A stretch of 64,000 nucleotides of DNA from Ophelia neglecta. Lineage: Eukaryota. The notes beneath the pieces were generated by a model. That model saw only the letters and a list, made by a program, of their open reading frames with translations, was not told the origin of the DNA and did no database searches. The stretch is from positions 35,464,001 through 35,528,000 of the forward strand of contig OZ260667.1 in NCBI GenBank assembly GCA_965285935.1. Direction: 5' to 3'. This document shows, in pieces, positions 24,485-36,346 of this stretch. The position numbers were made by a program, and so were the translations under genes. The first letter of the stretch is position 1, and every line of letters begins with the position of its first letter.

Positions 24485-25244
24485 TGCAGATACTTTACTG
24501 GGTTATGTTTCCCATTTTCCTCCCTTTTCCCAGCACCATTACCACTTTAAATCTGGAAAAAACCTTACAGACTGAGAAGATTTGTCAAAGCAAGAGTAAT
24601 AAGTACATACATTCTTCAACTTGACTAGCAGGAATACCTTTGATATTTTATAGCAAAAAAGGAATGACCAAAAGGAAAACTTCAATATAAATATACATAT
24701 TGTGCAGTTGCCAAGTTGTTTCATTATTTTCCTACAGGTGATGGGACCATGTTTTACTAGACATTATTATCTTAATAGTCACACATTAGCCAATCATTTT
24801 TTGTCGGTTTACAAAATTTCTGACAAATCATGGACAAGGCAAAAGGAAAAAAAAAATTAATTATATAGAATAATTTACTGAAGGAGAAAAAATGAATAAA
24901 AAAAATGACAGGAACTTCCCAAATGGTAATAAAACTATTTTGAACATGAACAAAAAAGAGACAATAAAAAGTGCATTTTCTGGGATCATTTTCCTGAGCA
25001 GGGAATAATAAAATGGCAAATTCCTATTTCAATCTTATTATAATTTCCAAAAAAATTGACCAGGGCCGTCATGTAAACCAACATAGATATAAAGAGGTGG
25101 CTTTAGCTTCAAAACCTATGTATATATATATATTTTCAGCCAGCATGTTACTTGGAGATTTACTGGATGAAATAATGTATCATTGGTCTTCATGTTCTGC
25201 ATTAGTATATATATCCTTGTCATGGCACGGACACATTCTATCTT

Positions 25245-25703
25245 AGAAATGTGTCACTCTCCGGACTGCAATTTTTGTCCAGCTTCCCTGCAAATCCTGC
25301 ACAAACCAAGACACAGACAGGCGCCATAGATGTTCTTTTCTCAATTGATATATTATTAAGTGTCTAGCAAAATAGTGTCTTGATGTCATTTCCCAGAGTT
25401 AAATGGCTTCGAGTGGGAGGGAAATACAGGAAGTGAGCCAAATCTCAGTATGCAAGATACCTCAAAAGAGTAGTATGATCCTGTAATATTGTAATTTTCA
25501 AAATTCCTGGTGAAAATCTTGGGATTAAACACATTATGGGTTTGTGATTTTTTAATATTATTGATAGTTCTGAAATAACATCTCAACCTCATGTAACTAA
25601 CCCTGCTGATGTATTTAATTTGTGCAGTTCTTACAGGGAAGTAAAATCAAATTTTAAAGTGCGCCGAGTGGAGATTTTTCCCCAGGAAAGTGACACACAT
25701 TCT
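25245..25703. mobile_element. Degenerate MITE-like element
   Basis: Imperfect inverted ends agaaatgtgtcactctcc / ggaaagtgacacacattct; no clear TSD. Confidence 0.4.
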
Positions 25704-25899
25704 CGGTAATTTGCAGTCTCCTTGAAAGCTACCACTGCATATTACGCAGGAGGTCTTATCAGTCTTTGTACTCTTATTAATCTTAAACTAGAAGGCGGAC
25801 AATCTGCTTGTGACCTCAGCTTGGGATATAAATTGCTGGACTCAAATGTGTTGCTGCAGTTTTGGTATACCGAAAATGGACTTGTATATCAGGGTGAAT

Positions 25900-26220
25900 A
25901 TTGGCCCGAATAGTTCAGAAAATACGCGTAGCGCAGTGAGCGAACGAGTGGTGTTCTAGTTACTTACAACACCACCGGAGAGTTATTATTGCTCGAAATT
26001 AGCATATTTCCAAATCGTAGCCGATTGATTACATACCTCTCCAGATAAGTACTATTTAGAAGAAAAAATTAAATTTAAAAATTGAGTTAAATCCTGTGTA
26101 TTTGATCACTTTTTCAGTTGATCCTGATGATAACGGATGTGACTAATAGTGAAACACGCTTTCGGTTGAACCGAAGTAGACAGCATAACCGATGCAACGG
26201 TTAAACTTATTAGGCGCCAA
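25900..26220 (-). promoter_or_regulatory. Probable SGF29 promoter and non-coding first exon
   Basis: Local CpG enrichment upstream of the SGF29 ATG; candidate minus-strand donors at 25967 (gtaagt) and 26036 (GAG|gtatgt); palindrome TTCGGTTgAACCGAA at 26161-26175. Confidence 0.45.
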
Positions 26221-27014
26221 GCTTACAATACACTACTTCATGCTTGTTTTGATTGGAGAATAACTGCACAATAATTTCAAGGAGTCAATTACATTAAACT
26301 GTTCATTTCATATGTTCAAAAAATCGACGAAAATCTATTTCACTAATGCACTTGATTTTAAATAATTTTTAAGATCTAATTTACAAATTATTCCAGCATT
26401 TCCTTTTCTGTGACAGTTTTTGCATATATGTGCACTTGCAGGTTTCTCCTGCTTCAGCTTTTCAATTTATAATTTGATTAATTAATTATCCTCTATACCA
26501 TGATACATGTACTATATCAGTAGCATTAATATTTTTTCTTAAAGAGAGCCATATAAGCAGTCTGCTTCTCAGTGTTACTTTCTTTATATTTGTGTAATAT
26601 CTCTGTAGCAATATCTATGTTCTTGAATAAAATGATCATTATTAAAATAGAAACAATCTTTATCAGAAAAAATCTTTGTCAAAAAGCCTGGATATTATTC
26701 ATTGTAGACAAGTATAGGTCTCATCATTTGTAAAGCACCAATAGTCTATATATATGGAAAATATGAAAATAAGACCACCATGCAGTTACTAGAAAGTACC
26801 TCAATTTGATGACCATACAATTCAATGAATTTGCCCAGATGTGGTGATTTTGGCAAATTAAACATTTAAAGTGGCACCAAAATTACAACTAGCCTGAGAA
26901 ATTGTACCCCTCATTAAGAAAGATCTTTCTAGACCATTTGATATTCTGTTTTTTAATTTAATCATAAGTATCTTATGCTAATAATCAACTAAATGAAATA
27001 TATGTCAGCATTGC

Positions 27015-27020
27015 TTTATT
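27015..27020 (-). terminator. Candidate DIDO1-like polyadenylation signal
   Basis: AATAAA on the minus strand about 1.56 kb past the stop; another candidate at 27820-27825. Confidence 0.35.
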
Positions 27021-27099
27021 TGTAACTTTTGTAACTTGCAACATGTGTTACATGGCAATAATAAATGACACAGTATCACCCCACATTATTATTTGCAAC

Positions 27100-27123
27100 T
27101 TATATATATATATAATATATATA

Positions 27124-27159
<36 letters not shown>

Positions 27160-27203
27160 AGACAATACATAGACAGTTCATACAGGCATATATATATATA
27201 TAT
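27100..27203. repeat. (TA)n microsatellite
   Basis: Interrupted TA runs at 27100-27158 and 27188-27203. Confidence 0.9.
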
Positions 27204-28582
27204 ACATGTGCCTGTATGTATGTACAGCAATAATAACGTTAAAAAGTTAAGCGATGTTACTTGAACACAGTTATAAATTAAGTTATTTTTGTTTGGAACT
27301 TACTGCACAAACTACAGTGGTAATGGAACACACCATTAGGAATTTGGGGGGAGGGGGGACAGCTAGAAAAAATTAAGGCAGGCAATTTTTTTCTGTGCAG
27401 CCTCATGCCTGCCTATCTTGCATACATATGAGAGGATGCCTACACCTGAATGAACAACTTTTTTTTAATACAAAAAAGAACACCCAAACTTCTTTTCTGT
27501 ATAATCTTTAAGCCCCCTCCCCCTCCAGTATGCTAAATGTGCACCCCTATTAAAGTTAACTCTACAAAAATTTTGTGAAACATAAACTGATACAAACACA
27601 CCTTAATTAATTCTCTAGCCATCAGTGCTTCAATTTGCAAATGTAATCACTACCCTAGCACCTATATACTGTAGCAGTAGAATGTTTGTGGAGGTTTAAA
27701 TTAGCAGTTCTGCAAAAAAAAATGGCACTTTGTGGGTTTTTAATTTTGTGCAAAAAGATATGTAGGCCCTTTATACATGCCAAAACACTGTTCATGAGTT
27801 TCATTAAGGGACTGAGTGCTTTATTGCAAATTCACAATTTTTCACCTGCATGAAAGTTTTACTCTTACAGTACATGTGAAGTGTAATATGCCTTGAATTA
27901 AAATTTAAACACTAACAGACTTGTTCACTAATTGATACAAAATGCACTTTCAACAAGAACTCTTTTATCAAGCATAAAATATAAAGTGATTTGACTATAT
28001 GGAGCAGAAGTAATTTTTGTTTGAGCTATGATACAAATTGTTCTTATATACACCTATATACAAACATATTTTCCCAGTTTAATATAGAAGTTCTACTTAA
28101 GCCAAATCCCAGTCCAAAGCCTAACAATAGTACCTAGCCCTTAGTATGGTATTCACAGATATTAATTTGTCCGAAATACAGTTATGGCAAACAAGTACTT
28201 CATCCATAAAAACTTATGATACACCATGATACAGAAAAATCTACAGCATCAAGACAAATAATAAATATACAGGCCAAAGAAATAAAATGTCAGTATTTAT
28301 CAGAGACCACAAATCTCTCATGGTTATAAAACAAATTATAAAACAAAATCCTGTAGAAGATGAAAAGGCCATTCAGATTTATGATGAAACTGATGTGCAG
28401 GACTGAGTTATAGATGACCATTTGATAAGTCAGCTGATTGTTTCCATCATTCAGATATAGGATTATAACTGAGTGACTCCAGTCCATTACATGATTTTGG
28501 AATCCATATAGAAGCAGGAGACATTGTAAGGGGGCAGCTAATTAAATAGGTTATCATTTTACATGTAGATGCAGTCAACCAA

Positions 28583-31500
28583 TCAGTATCCACCCCTGCC
28601 TCTACCCCTGCCTCTGCTCATCTGTATCCCTCTGCCACGTCCCCTGTCAAAGTCAAAACTCTCTCCTCGGCCCCTGCCTCTAGGTCGAAAACTAACTGGC
28701 CTAGGTTCTTCATACATTGTTCTCTCAGAACCTTCACTTTCATAATATGGCTCTGTCCATTCCTCGTACTGTTCAGGTGGTCCTCTGGAGCCTGGTGGGG
28801 GACTACATCCACGGCTATGCCATTCTCTAGGTGGCATGTCTCCAGTTTCCCATTCTTGATTGTATTCATCAATGTTACCAAAATTTGTCTGATCATAATT
28901 TTCTTCAAAATCATGGTGAGGAAATCCTTCCATTGGATGTGGTTGAGGAATTCTCTCGCGTGGAAAATTCCCCCCTTGGTGTTCTCTATTCTGGAATCTG
29001 CCCCTAAATGACCCACGTACAAGTTGTCCCATATTATCTGGCCTTCCTCGTCTTGGAATTAATCCTGAATCTGGAGGTCCAAATCTGTTAGTATTCAATT
29101 CTAATTCTTCAGGCCACTCACATTGTTCATCCAATTGATGTTGCTGCTCTGGTGGCTCAAGCCTGTGATCTCTGAAGAAGTTTCCTTCTGGTCTTTCAGG
29201 ACCAGCCCTGAACCCACCTCTGCCACCTCTACCTCTCACAGATACTCCCTCTCCAAATCTCCCCCTTTCTTCTTCCGAAAATTGTGCCTGTTCAGCTTCT
29301 CTGCTCTGAAAGAACCTTCCTCTTCTATTGCCAAATGATTCAGCTCTATCTTCTTGTCTTTGCCATGGTGCATCTGGGCCAGATAGACCCTCACTATCAA
29401 ATGGCCCAAGGATACTTTTGACCATACCTCTTCCTACCGGACCCTCCCTCCTGATCTGATTTCCTCTAGTAAAAGGCTGCCCCATTCCTCTTAATCCAAA
29501 ATGCCTGGAACTATCTTGAGGAACTGGATTACTCCTAATAGCAGGACCAACCATTCTAGATAGGGGACCTCCTCTGATAATTGTCATACCTCTGTTTACC
29601 ATGACTTCTCTAGTGGGAGTGTCCAACAAACTTCTTATACCTCCCCGTATAGGCAGCCCGCCCCTTTTAGGCACATTGTCTCTTTTTGGTAGACCATCCT
29701 TTTTGGGGGGATTGTCTTTTCTTGTTTCACTATCCTTCAACATTGAACCACCTTTTTTTGAGGAATCCTCTCGTTCAGGTTCGCCAGCCTTTTTCAGTGG
29801 ACTACCCATCAAACTCTTTACACCAGCTTGACTAGGAGGACCACTCATATTAGGTTGAACATCCTTTTGGGGTAGATCTAGCTTTTTCAGTGGACCATCT
29901 TTTCTTGGTTCATCCTCTTTCTTCAGTGGACCACCTGCTTTTGGTGGACCATCTTGCATTTGTGGACAATCTACTTTTGAAGAACTCCCAGATTTTGACA
30001 GACCATCTCCTTTCGACAAACCACTCATTTTTACATGACCATCTAATTTTTGTGTATCTGTTTTTGATGGCTCAGTTTTTGGTGGACCATCTGGTTTTGG
30101 TGGATCAACCATTTTTGGTGGATCAATTGCTTTTTGTTCACCATCATTATTTGGTGGTGGAGCATCTGTTTTCAGAGCATCATCTTTTTTCAGATTATCA
30201 TCCCTTTTTGTTGAATCTGGTTTTCCAATATGCATTCTTAGGTTGGGTGGACCCTCTTTTATTGGTTGAACATTTGAATTTGGTAACTCATCTCTCCTCA
30301 TTGTTTTGGGATCTGTAGACAAACTTGCATTTTCTTTGTTCAATCTTTCTTTTCTTATTTGCATTGATTCTTTTTCAGTCTGGTCAATAGATGTTTCCTT
30401 TTTTGTTTGGTCTCCAATGCTTTGTGACTTTTCTTTGCTGCCTAAATAGTTTTGTACAGATGGTTTACTTTGCACCAATGGGTCATCTTTTTTCAGAGTG
30501 TCAACTCTAGTCTTTAAACTTTCTTTCCCTTGATTGTCAAACTTGGTTGGTGGTACCAATTCCCTTGATGAAACCTCTTTTTTTGTTGTAGCTTCCTTTC
30601 CTAAATTTTCATTCTTATTTGATGTGCTTCCGGTTAACGGCTGTGCAGCTGTTTCTTTTGAACAAAATCTGCCTTCTTTCTGTTTATCTCCTGGGATATC
30701 AACCTTTCTAGAAGTTCCTTGGCCTGATGGACTATTATTTCGGGGAGAACTTGTTTTGCTAGATGAAACTTCTTGTCTACGAAGTCCGATTCTGCCCTGT
30801 ACACTATTTCTGTCTGGAAGCCCTCTGTCAGATTCATGACCCTTGGATCCAAACATTACAGGAGGGCCACCCCTTCCAACAGAACCTGTTCTATCTGGAG
30901 CTGTACAAATTCCTGGATGATCTTCCCTCCTTGGTATATTTTCATGTCTTAGTGAGTCCTTTCTTTCTTGGCTAGTATCTCTGTCCCGGGCACCTCCATG
31001 TCTGGGAGGACTAAATCTTTCAGGTCGAAAATCTCTTTCAAAAGCACCTCTTCTGTGCAAGGGCACATCCCTTCTTTGTGAACCATCATGATGTGGTGAA
31101 GGACCTCTTCCTGGAGGACCATCATTATGTGGTGGATGACCTCTGCTGAGGGGACCATCATGATGTGGTGAAGGACCCCTAGTGAGTGGACCATCATGCT
31201 GTGGTGGAGTACCTCTGGAGGATCGTGCCTCTAGATGTGGTGCAGGTCCTCCAGTGGGCTTTCTATCTAGATGTGGTAGAACTCTGGTGGGAGGTGTATC
31301 TAGAAGAGGTGAAGGGCCTCTTCTTGGGGGACCAGAATGTTGTGGTAGAGGCCCTCTGAAAGGTTGACCTTCACGGCGTAATGAAGGATCTCCTCCTGAT
31401 GGGTCATCAAGTTGTGGGGAAAGACCCCTTCCTAGTAGACCAACATGATATAGTGAAGGTCCTCTTCCTGTTTGACCATCATGTTGTGGTAATGGACCGC

Positions 31501-34500
31501 TGTTTGATGGGTCATCACTATGTGGTGGAGGAAATCTTCTTGGTGGTCCATCATGGGGTGGTGGGGGACCTCTTCCTGGTGGACCATCATGATGCAGTGG
31601 ATGACCTCTGCCAGGTGGACCATCATGGTGTGGTGGGGGACCTCTGCCAGGTGGACCATCATGGTGTGGTGGGGGACCTCTGCCAGGTGGACCATCATGG
31701 TGTGGTGGGGGACCTCTGCCAGGTGGACCATCATGGTGTGGTGGGGGACCTCTGCCAGGTGGACCATCATGGTGTGGTGGGGGACCTCTGCCAGGTGGGC
31801 CATCATGGTGTGGTGGGGGACCTCTTCCTGGTGGACCATCATGATGCAGTGGAGGACGTCTGCCAGGTGGACCATCATGGTGTGGAGGAGGCCCTCTTCC
31901 TTTTGGACCATCATGTAATGGAGGACCTCTTACTGGTGGACCCTCATGTTGGAGTGGAGGGCCTCTTCCTGATGGATCATCAACATATGGTGGGGGACCT
32001 CTTCCTTGTGGGCCACCTCGTCCTGGTATTCCCCCTCTTCTTGATTGACCACCTCTTCCAGGTGGACCACCTCCAACTGATGGACTGCTCAATAATGGAG
32101 GACCACCTCTCATTGACGGACCACCTCTATTTATTATGCCACCTCTGATTGATGAACCACCTCTGCTCAAGAGATTACCTCTGAGCAAATGACCACTTGG
32201 TGTAGCCACACCATCAGATCTAAATTCCCCAACTCTCTGTGGAGGACCATCAAATCTAGACGGTACACCTTCAAGTCTACATTCCTCTATTCCCTCCGGA
32301 GGATCATCAAATCTAGAAGAGCCAAATCTACTCAATGGACCACCTCTGCCTAAAGTTTCATCTAGTGTTGTTTGATTATCACAATTATTTTCATCATCAA
32401 ATAAATTATCTGTCCCAAGCTCTTGAAACCTAGATGGTAAAAATCTTCTCGGAGGGCCCTCCCTTTTTTCCGAGTGATCACTAAGTGCCAGTGGGCTGTC
32501 TCTTCCTGGAGGCCTCTCCTGCCCAAAAACTCCAAACTCATCTGGAGGTTCATTTGGATCTGACATAAACATTTCCTGTGGAGGTCTGTTCCTTGGGTGA
32601 TGATCTGGTCTGTAGAGAGCATCCCTTCCCGATGGAGCATCTCTATCACTTGCTTCATCAAATCTTGAAGGTCCAAACCTACGAGGTTGTTTGTTTGTAT
32701 CTAACAAATGTTCTGGTGGAGGGACATCTCTTCCTAGGGCAGAGTGGTGTCTAAAACTAATACCTCTTCCAAGAGGACCATGTCTACTTGAAGAATCCTC
32801 TTGCCTAGAAGGACTATCTCTGGCCATTGGTGAACCACGCTCACCAGATGGCCCAACTTGTCTTGGCATTAAATCTCTATCCATTGGACCCAATCTTTCA
32901 GCTTCTCGTGCAACAGTTGATTGACTTTCATGATGTGGAGAATGAAACAGGGGGAATCCTGCACCTTTTGGTCTTGAAGGAACTCCCCTCAGATTAGGTG
33001 CTGATGGCAAACCCACATCAAACATTCCCAAATGTCCCATACCTTGTGATTTCTGACCACCTTCATCCATATTTGACTTGCCTTGCCTATCGGTTCCCCC
33101 CATTTCCATTCCTTTTAAGCCTTTATGATCAGTCACTTTTTCTTCCATAAGAGAAGAGCTACTTCGTGGGGGTCCATGGATATCCCAGTTACTCTCTTCT
33201 GACCCAGATAATGGTGTGTGTTTAAAAGTAGTCATAAGAGAGGGAGGGCATTCTCCAAGAAGCCCAACTCTTGCTACACGTTGATCATCCCTCCCCTGCT
33301 CATTTCTCCGCATATCAGGTGCCTGGCCCCAATTTCTTTTTCTTTCATGTTCTTCATGACTTAGACCCTGCAAATGTGGTTCAGCAACTCTTTTTCCTCC
33401 TCCTTGTCTTTCCAGAGGCCAACTGCTTCTGGGCATGTCTAATCTCGGAGGACCCCGATCACCAAATGGCAAAGGTCCATCCCTCTCATGAAAAGGACCT
33501 TGTTCTCCCCATTCACCTACTTCCGTATCTCTTTTTTCTATTTCTGAAGAAACACTAAATGAAGCATGAGAATCACTGGGAAATTGTTCTTGAGTAGAAG
33601 CAAAAGGCACAACATGTTCGTTCCTTCCAATAAATCCCATTCCACTATTATTGCCAATGCGACTGCTTCGCTCCAGCAACAATGGGCCTTTATAATCTCC
33701 AAGAAGTGATGGTTTCTGCATTGATTCAGAGGTTGGTGGGTGAATTTGATCCACATTCTGTTGCTCAAAGGGGAGTCCACTTCTTCCCCTCCCAACAATT
33801 CTGTTTCCACTAGGCATTGACCCCACTGAATGGAATGGATTACTTGTTGATACGCTTGAATTTGGCTGCTCCACAGGACCGTGTGGACCACTTGGCAGCG
33901 GGAGATCTTTTGCAATTCCTCTTCCTGGCCCCATAGGTGGAAAGTTAATTCGGTCATCTACATCTAATATCCTAGGTTTAGTCTGTTCTGAAATGTCTTT
34001 AGCCGATGGCCCTACTCCATGTCCATAGTCAAAGGTTTGTGTTGTGACAAAAGCTGCTTGTTTGGCTGGCAGGTCAGAGGGTCCTCCTTTTTCAGGTGCT
34101 TCCTTGACATCAATTTCTGTGGTAGGGGCCTTAGATTCAGAAGGAGGTATTACTACATCTAGGTTGGCCTTTCCATTATTACTTCCCTTGTCTTTTCCAA
34201 TGAATACTTTTTTCCTTTCCTTATCATCTTTAGATCTTTCATCAAGTTTATTCTTTCTTTCTTCTTTATCTTTAAATCGCGGGCTTCTGCTTCTTGACCT
34301 TTTCTTTCGGTCTCCCATAGGAGATACACGGCCAAACCTACCAAATCTACTCTTGGACCTGTGGGGCAATCTCCTATCTCTAGAGCGTGATCTAGCCCTT
34401 TGTCTTCGGTCACGTGATCTTGAGCGCTTCTCAGTTGACCATTTCTGATCCTTGCTTCTTGAGTCGCGATCTCGTGACCTTTCTCTCCGTCTACGCGGGG

Positions 34501-36346
34501 ATCTAGATTTTCTTCTCTCCCTGGATCTGGATCTAGACCTTCGCCTCCTGGGTGAACGGCTTTTTGTATCAGGTCTCTCAGTGTCAGATAATTCCCCTTC
34601 TTCCTTATCATTGTTTCGTTCTTTGTCAGGCTGATTTCTACTAATTTTAGTTGATTCCTTAGTATATTTTGTACTTTTGCCTTGTTCGGTTTTTGTGATA
34701 TGAATGTCATCCTCTTTACTGTCAGGTATTTTAACGGGTGAAAATGTTCCAAAGCCTGTTGGCACTTTTTCTTTGCTTCCTTTGTGTTCTGGAGAGAATA
34801 CTTCAGCTTTAGGTATTGGTATATCATCAATATCTCCAAGACCAGGAATATGAGGTAAAGAGTCTTCATCCAGCTGCCACTGCAATGTTTTTGAGGATTC
34901 TGATTTGACTCCCTTATCAGCCAACTTCACTGCTGATGCTAAAACTTTCAACATTGCAGAATCATTCAGCGACTCTGAAAGAGAGCTTGGCACACATATA
35001 CCCGAAGTAAGTGGTGTGGTCATTGTCACTAGTGGTAAAGAAATTGGTGTAACCTTCCTGTAATCTACATCACCACTTTCGCCTGAATTCAATTCAAGTC
35101 CAAATGGATTGGCTGAAAGTTGTTCTTCCTTTGGTTCACTCTTAGCAAGTGCTGCAGACCGAAGTTCACGTACAGCCTCTTTTTCCTGGTCCATTTGTTC
35201 CTTAAGTTTTTGAAGCTTCTTTTTATGCTCCTTTTCGTAATATTTCCCAATATTAGTTAATCCACCTGGATCATTGAGGGCTGCTTCAAGTTCATCATCA
35301 ACAAAATCATCATCATCTGGGTTGGATTTGGGAGTGTTGTTGCCAGAATTATTCAATACATGGGGCGGTAGCTTTTTTGTTCGAAGGTCTACATCTCCTT
35401 TCTTAGTAACCTCAGCCTTAGCTGTTTGGGGATCAACCTGCTGTGCTTTAGCCACAATATTTTTAAGATTTTCAAAAGATTTCCCTGTGAGTAAAGCTGA
35501 GAGCACATCTAAATCACTTTTTGGTTTGGGTGTCTCTTGCTCTTCTTTCACATCACTTTTTACTGGCACCGACTCCGATGTCACTGGTTTATCTGGGGCT
35601 GCCTTTTCACCTACTTTTTTGGCAAGACGTTCTCTTGCTACATTTGTAATGAGCGTTTCTTTGCCATAATCAATTGGTATAAGAGGTGGGGTTGAAGATC
35701 TGGATCTTGATTTGCTTTCCCCAGAGATCTCCTCAGCGTCTGGACTCCCAGGAGTCTCTAATGTTTCACCCGTCAAACCATGAGGCTCTGGTGAAGCTGG
35801 GGAATCAATTTCCAAAGAGTCCACCACTTTACCACTAATTAATTTATTATGCCTATGTTCAGCAGTATAAGCAGGGTAGTCTTTCTTGAGGCTTGGTAGA
35901 GTTCCTTCAGGAGGCAGTGGAATGGTGCCAAGTTCTTGCTCTACTTGTTGGCTTATATCTATCACTTCTGAAGTATCTGTCTTACCAGCATTCTGAGTCT
36001 TATCCCAACCTGGCATATCTGGGTGTGTGTTTTCTGCAGAAGAGCGCTTTATTGCCTCGTCTTTTTGTCTTTCTAAGATCTTCTTTTGCTCATCAACCTG
36101 ATTGGTTAATGTTTGCAATAACAGCCTTTGTTCATCAAGACTTCTAGTGGCTGAAGTTGCAGCCAATGTTGCTAACATAGCTGCAGTCATATCTGCAGAA
36201 AATGAGCCCATGCTGGTTTGTTGCAGCAGCTGGGTGAATCGCAAAGCAGCCTGCATGCTTGCATCATTAACATTCTCTCCTGTGCTACCACTAGTAGATG
36301 GATTTGGACTATCTGACAGCTGTTTTTCTATGAAGACATCAGTTAG
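28583..36346 (-). CDS. DIDO1: Giant terminal coding exon of the DIDO1-like gene (7,764 nt)
   Basis: Acceptor ttttttcttttag then an uninterrupted frame containing ORF 28583..36256; RS domain at about 34270-34570, RG/RGG and Pro-Gly repeats. Confidence 0.9.
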   Translation of the reverse strand, partial: LTDVFIEKQLSDSPNPSTSGSTGENVNDASMQAALRFTQLLQQTSMGSFSADMTAAMLATLAATSATRSLDEQRLLLQTLTNQVDEQKKILERQKDEAIKRSSAENTHPDMPGWDKTQNAGKTDTSEVIDISQQVEQELGTIPLPPEGTLPSLKKDYPAYTAEHRHNKLISGKVVDSLEIDSPASPEPHGLTGETLETPGSPDAEEISGESKSRSRSSTPPLIPIDYGKETLITNVARERLAKKVGEKAAPDKPVTSESVPVKSDVKEEQETPKPKSDLDVLSALLTGKSFENLKNIVAKAQQVDPQTAKAEVTKKGDVDLRTKKLPPHVLNNSGNNTPKSNPDDDDFVDDELEAALNDPGGLTNIGKYYEKEHKKKLQKLKEQMDQEKEAVRELRSAALAKSEPKEEQLSANPFGLELNSGESGDVDYRKVTPISLPLVTMTTPLTSGICVPSSLSESLNDSAMLKVLASAVKLADKGVKSESSKTLQWQLDEDSLPHIPGLGDIDDIPIPKAEVFSPEHKGSKEKVPTGFGTFSPVKIPDSKEDDIHITKTEQGKSTKYTKESTKISRNQPDKERNNDKEEGELSDTERPDTKSRSPRRRRSRSRSRERRKSRSPRRRRERSRDRDSRSKDQKWSTEKRSRSRDRRQRARSRSRDRRLPHRSKSRFGRFGRVSPMGDRKKRSRSRSPRFKDKEERKNKLDERSKDDKERKKVFIGKDKGSNNGKANLDVVIPPSESKAPTTEIDVKEAPEKGGPSDLPAKQAAFVTTQTFDYGHGVGPSAKDISEQTKPRILDVDDRINFPPMGPGRGIAKDLPLPSGPHGPVEQPNSSVSTSNPFHSVGSMPSGNRIVGRGRSGLPFEQQNVDQIHPPTSESMQKPSLLGDYKGPLLLERSSRIGNNSGMGFIGRNEHVVPFASTQEQFPSDSHASFSVSSEIEKRDTEVGEWGEQGPFHERDGPLPFGDRGPPRLDMPRSSWPLERQGGGKRVAEPHLQGLSHEEHERKRNWGQAPDMRRNEQGRDDQRVARVGLLGECPPSLMTTFKHTPLSGSEESNWDIHGPPRSSSSLMEEKVTDHKGLKGMEMGGTDRQGKSNMDEGGQKSQGMGHLGMFDVGLPSAPNLRGVPSRPKGAGFPLFHSPHHESQSTVAREAERLGPMDRDLMPRQVGPSGERGSPMARDSPSRQEDSSSRHGPLGRGISFRHHSALGRDVPPPEHLLDTNKQPRRFGPSRFDEASDRDAPSGRDALYRPDHHPRNRPPQEMFMSDPNEPPDEFGVFGQERPPGRDSPLALSDHSEKREGPPRRFLPSRFQELGTDNLFDDENNCDNQTTLDETLGRGGPLSRFGSSRFDDPPEGIEECRLEGVPSRFDGPPQRVGEFRSDGVATPSGHLLRGNLLSRGGSSIRGGIINRGGPSMRGGPPLLSSPSVGGGPPGRGGQSRRGGIPGRGGPQGRGPPPYVDDPSGRGPPLQHEGPPVRGPPLHDGPKGRGPPPHHDGPPGRRPPLHHDGPPGRGPPPHHDGPPGRGPPPHHDGPPGRGPPPHHDGPPGRGPPPHHDGPPGRGPPPHHDGPPGRGPPPHHDGPPGRGHPLHHDGPPGRGPPPPHDGPPRRFPPPHSDDPSNSGPLPQHDGQTGRGPSLYHVGLLGRGLSPQLDDPSGGDPSLRREGQPFRGPLPQHSGPPRRGPSPLLDTPPTRVLPHLDRKPTGGPAPHLEARSSRGTPPQHDGPLTRGPSPHHDGPLSRGHPPHNDGPPGRGPSPHHDGSQRRDVPLHRRGAFERDFRPERFSPPRHGGARDRDTSQERKDSLRHENIPRREDHPGICTAPDRTGSVGRGGPPVMFGSKGHESDRGLPDRNSVQGRIGLRRQEVSSSKTSSPRNNSPSGQGTSRKVDIPGDKQKEGRFCSKETAAQPLTGSTSNKNENLGKEATTKKEVSSRELVPPTKFDNQGKESLKTRVDTLKKDDPLVQSKPSVQNYLGSKEKSQSIGDQTKKETSIDQTEKESMQIRKERLNKENASLSTDPKTMRRDELPNSNVQPIKEGPPNLRMHIGKPDSTKRDDNLKKDDALKTDAPPPNNDGEQKAIDPPKMVDPPKPDGPPKTEPSKTDTQKLDGHVKMSGLSKGDGLSKSGSSSKVDCPQMQDGPPKAGGPLKKEDEPRKDGPLKKLDLPQKDVQPNMSGPPSQAGVKSLMGSPLKKAGEPEREDSSKKGGSMLKDSETRKDNPPKKDGLPKRDNVPKRGGLPIRGGIRSLLDTPTREVMVNRGMTIIRGGPLSRMVGPAIRSNPVPQDSSRHFGLRGMGQPFTRGNQIRREGPVGRGMVKSILGPFDSEGLSGPDAPWQRQEDRAESFGNRRGRFFQSREAEQAQFSEEERGRFGEGVSVRGRGGRGGFRAGPERPEGNFFRDHRLEPPEQQHQLDEQCEWPEELELNTNRFGPPDSGLIPRRGRPDNMGQLVRGSFRGRFQNREHQGGNFPRERIPQPHPMEGFPHHDFEENYDQTNFGNIDEYNQEWETGDMPPREWHSRGCSPPPGSRGPPEQYEEWTEPYYESEGSERTMYEEPRPVSFRPRGRGRGESFDFDRGRGRGIQMSRGRGRGRGGY

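Noticed and set aside
27043-27264. Ile/Tyr-rich ORFs on both strands
   Set aside because: Translations of the (TA)n microsatellite.
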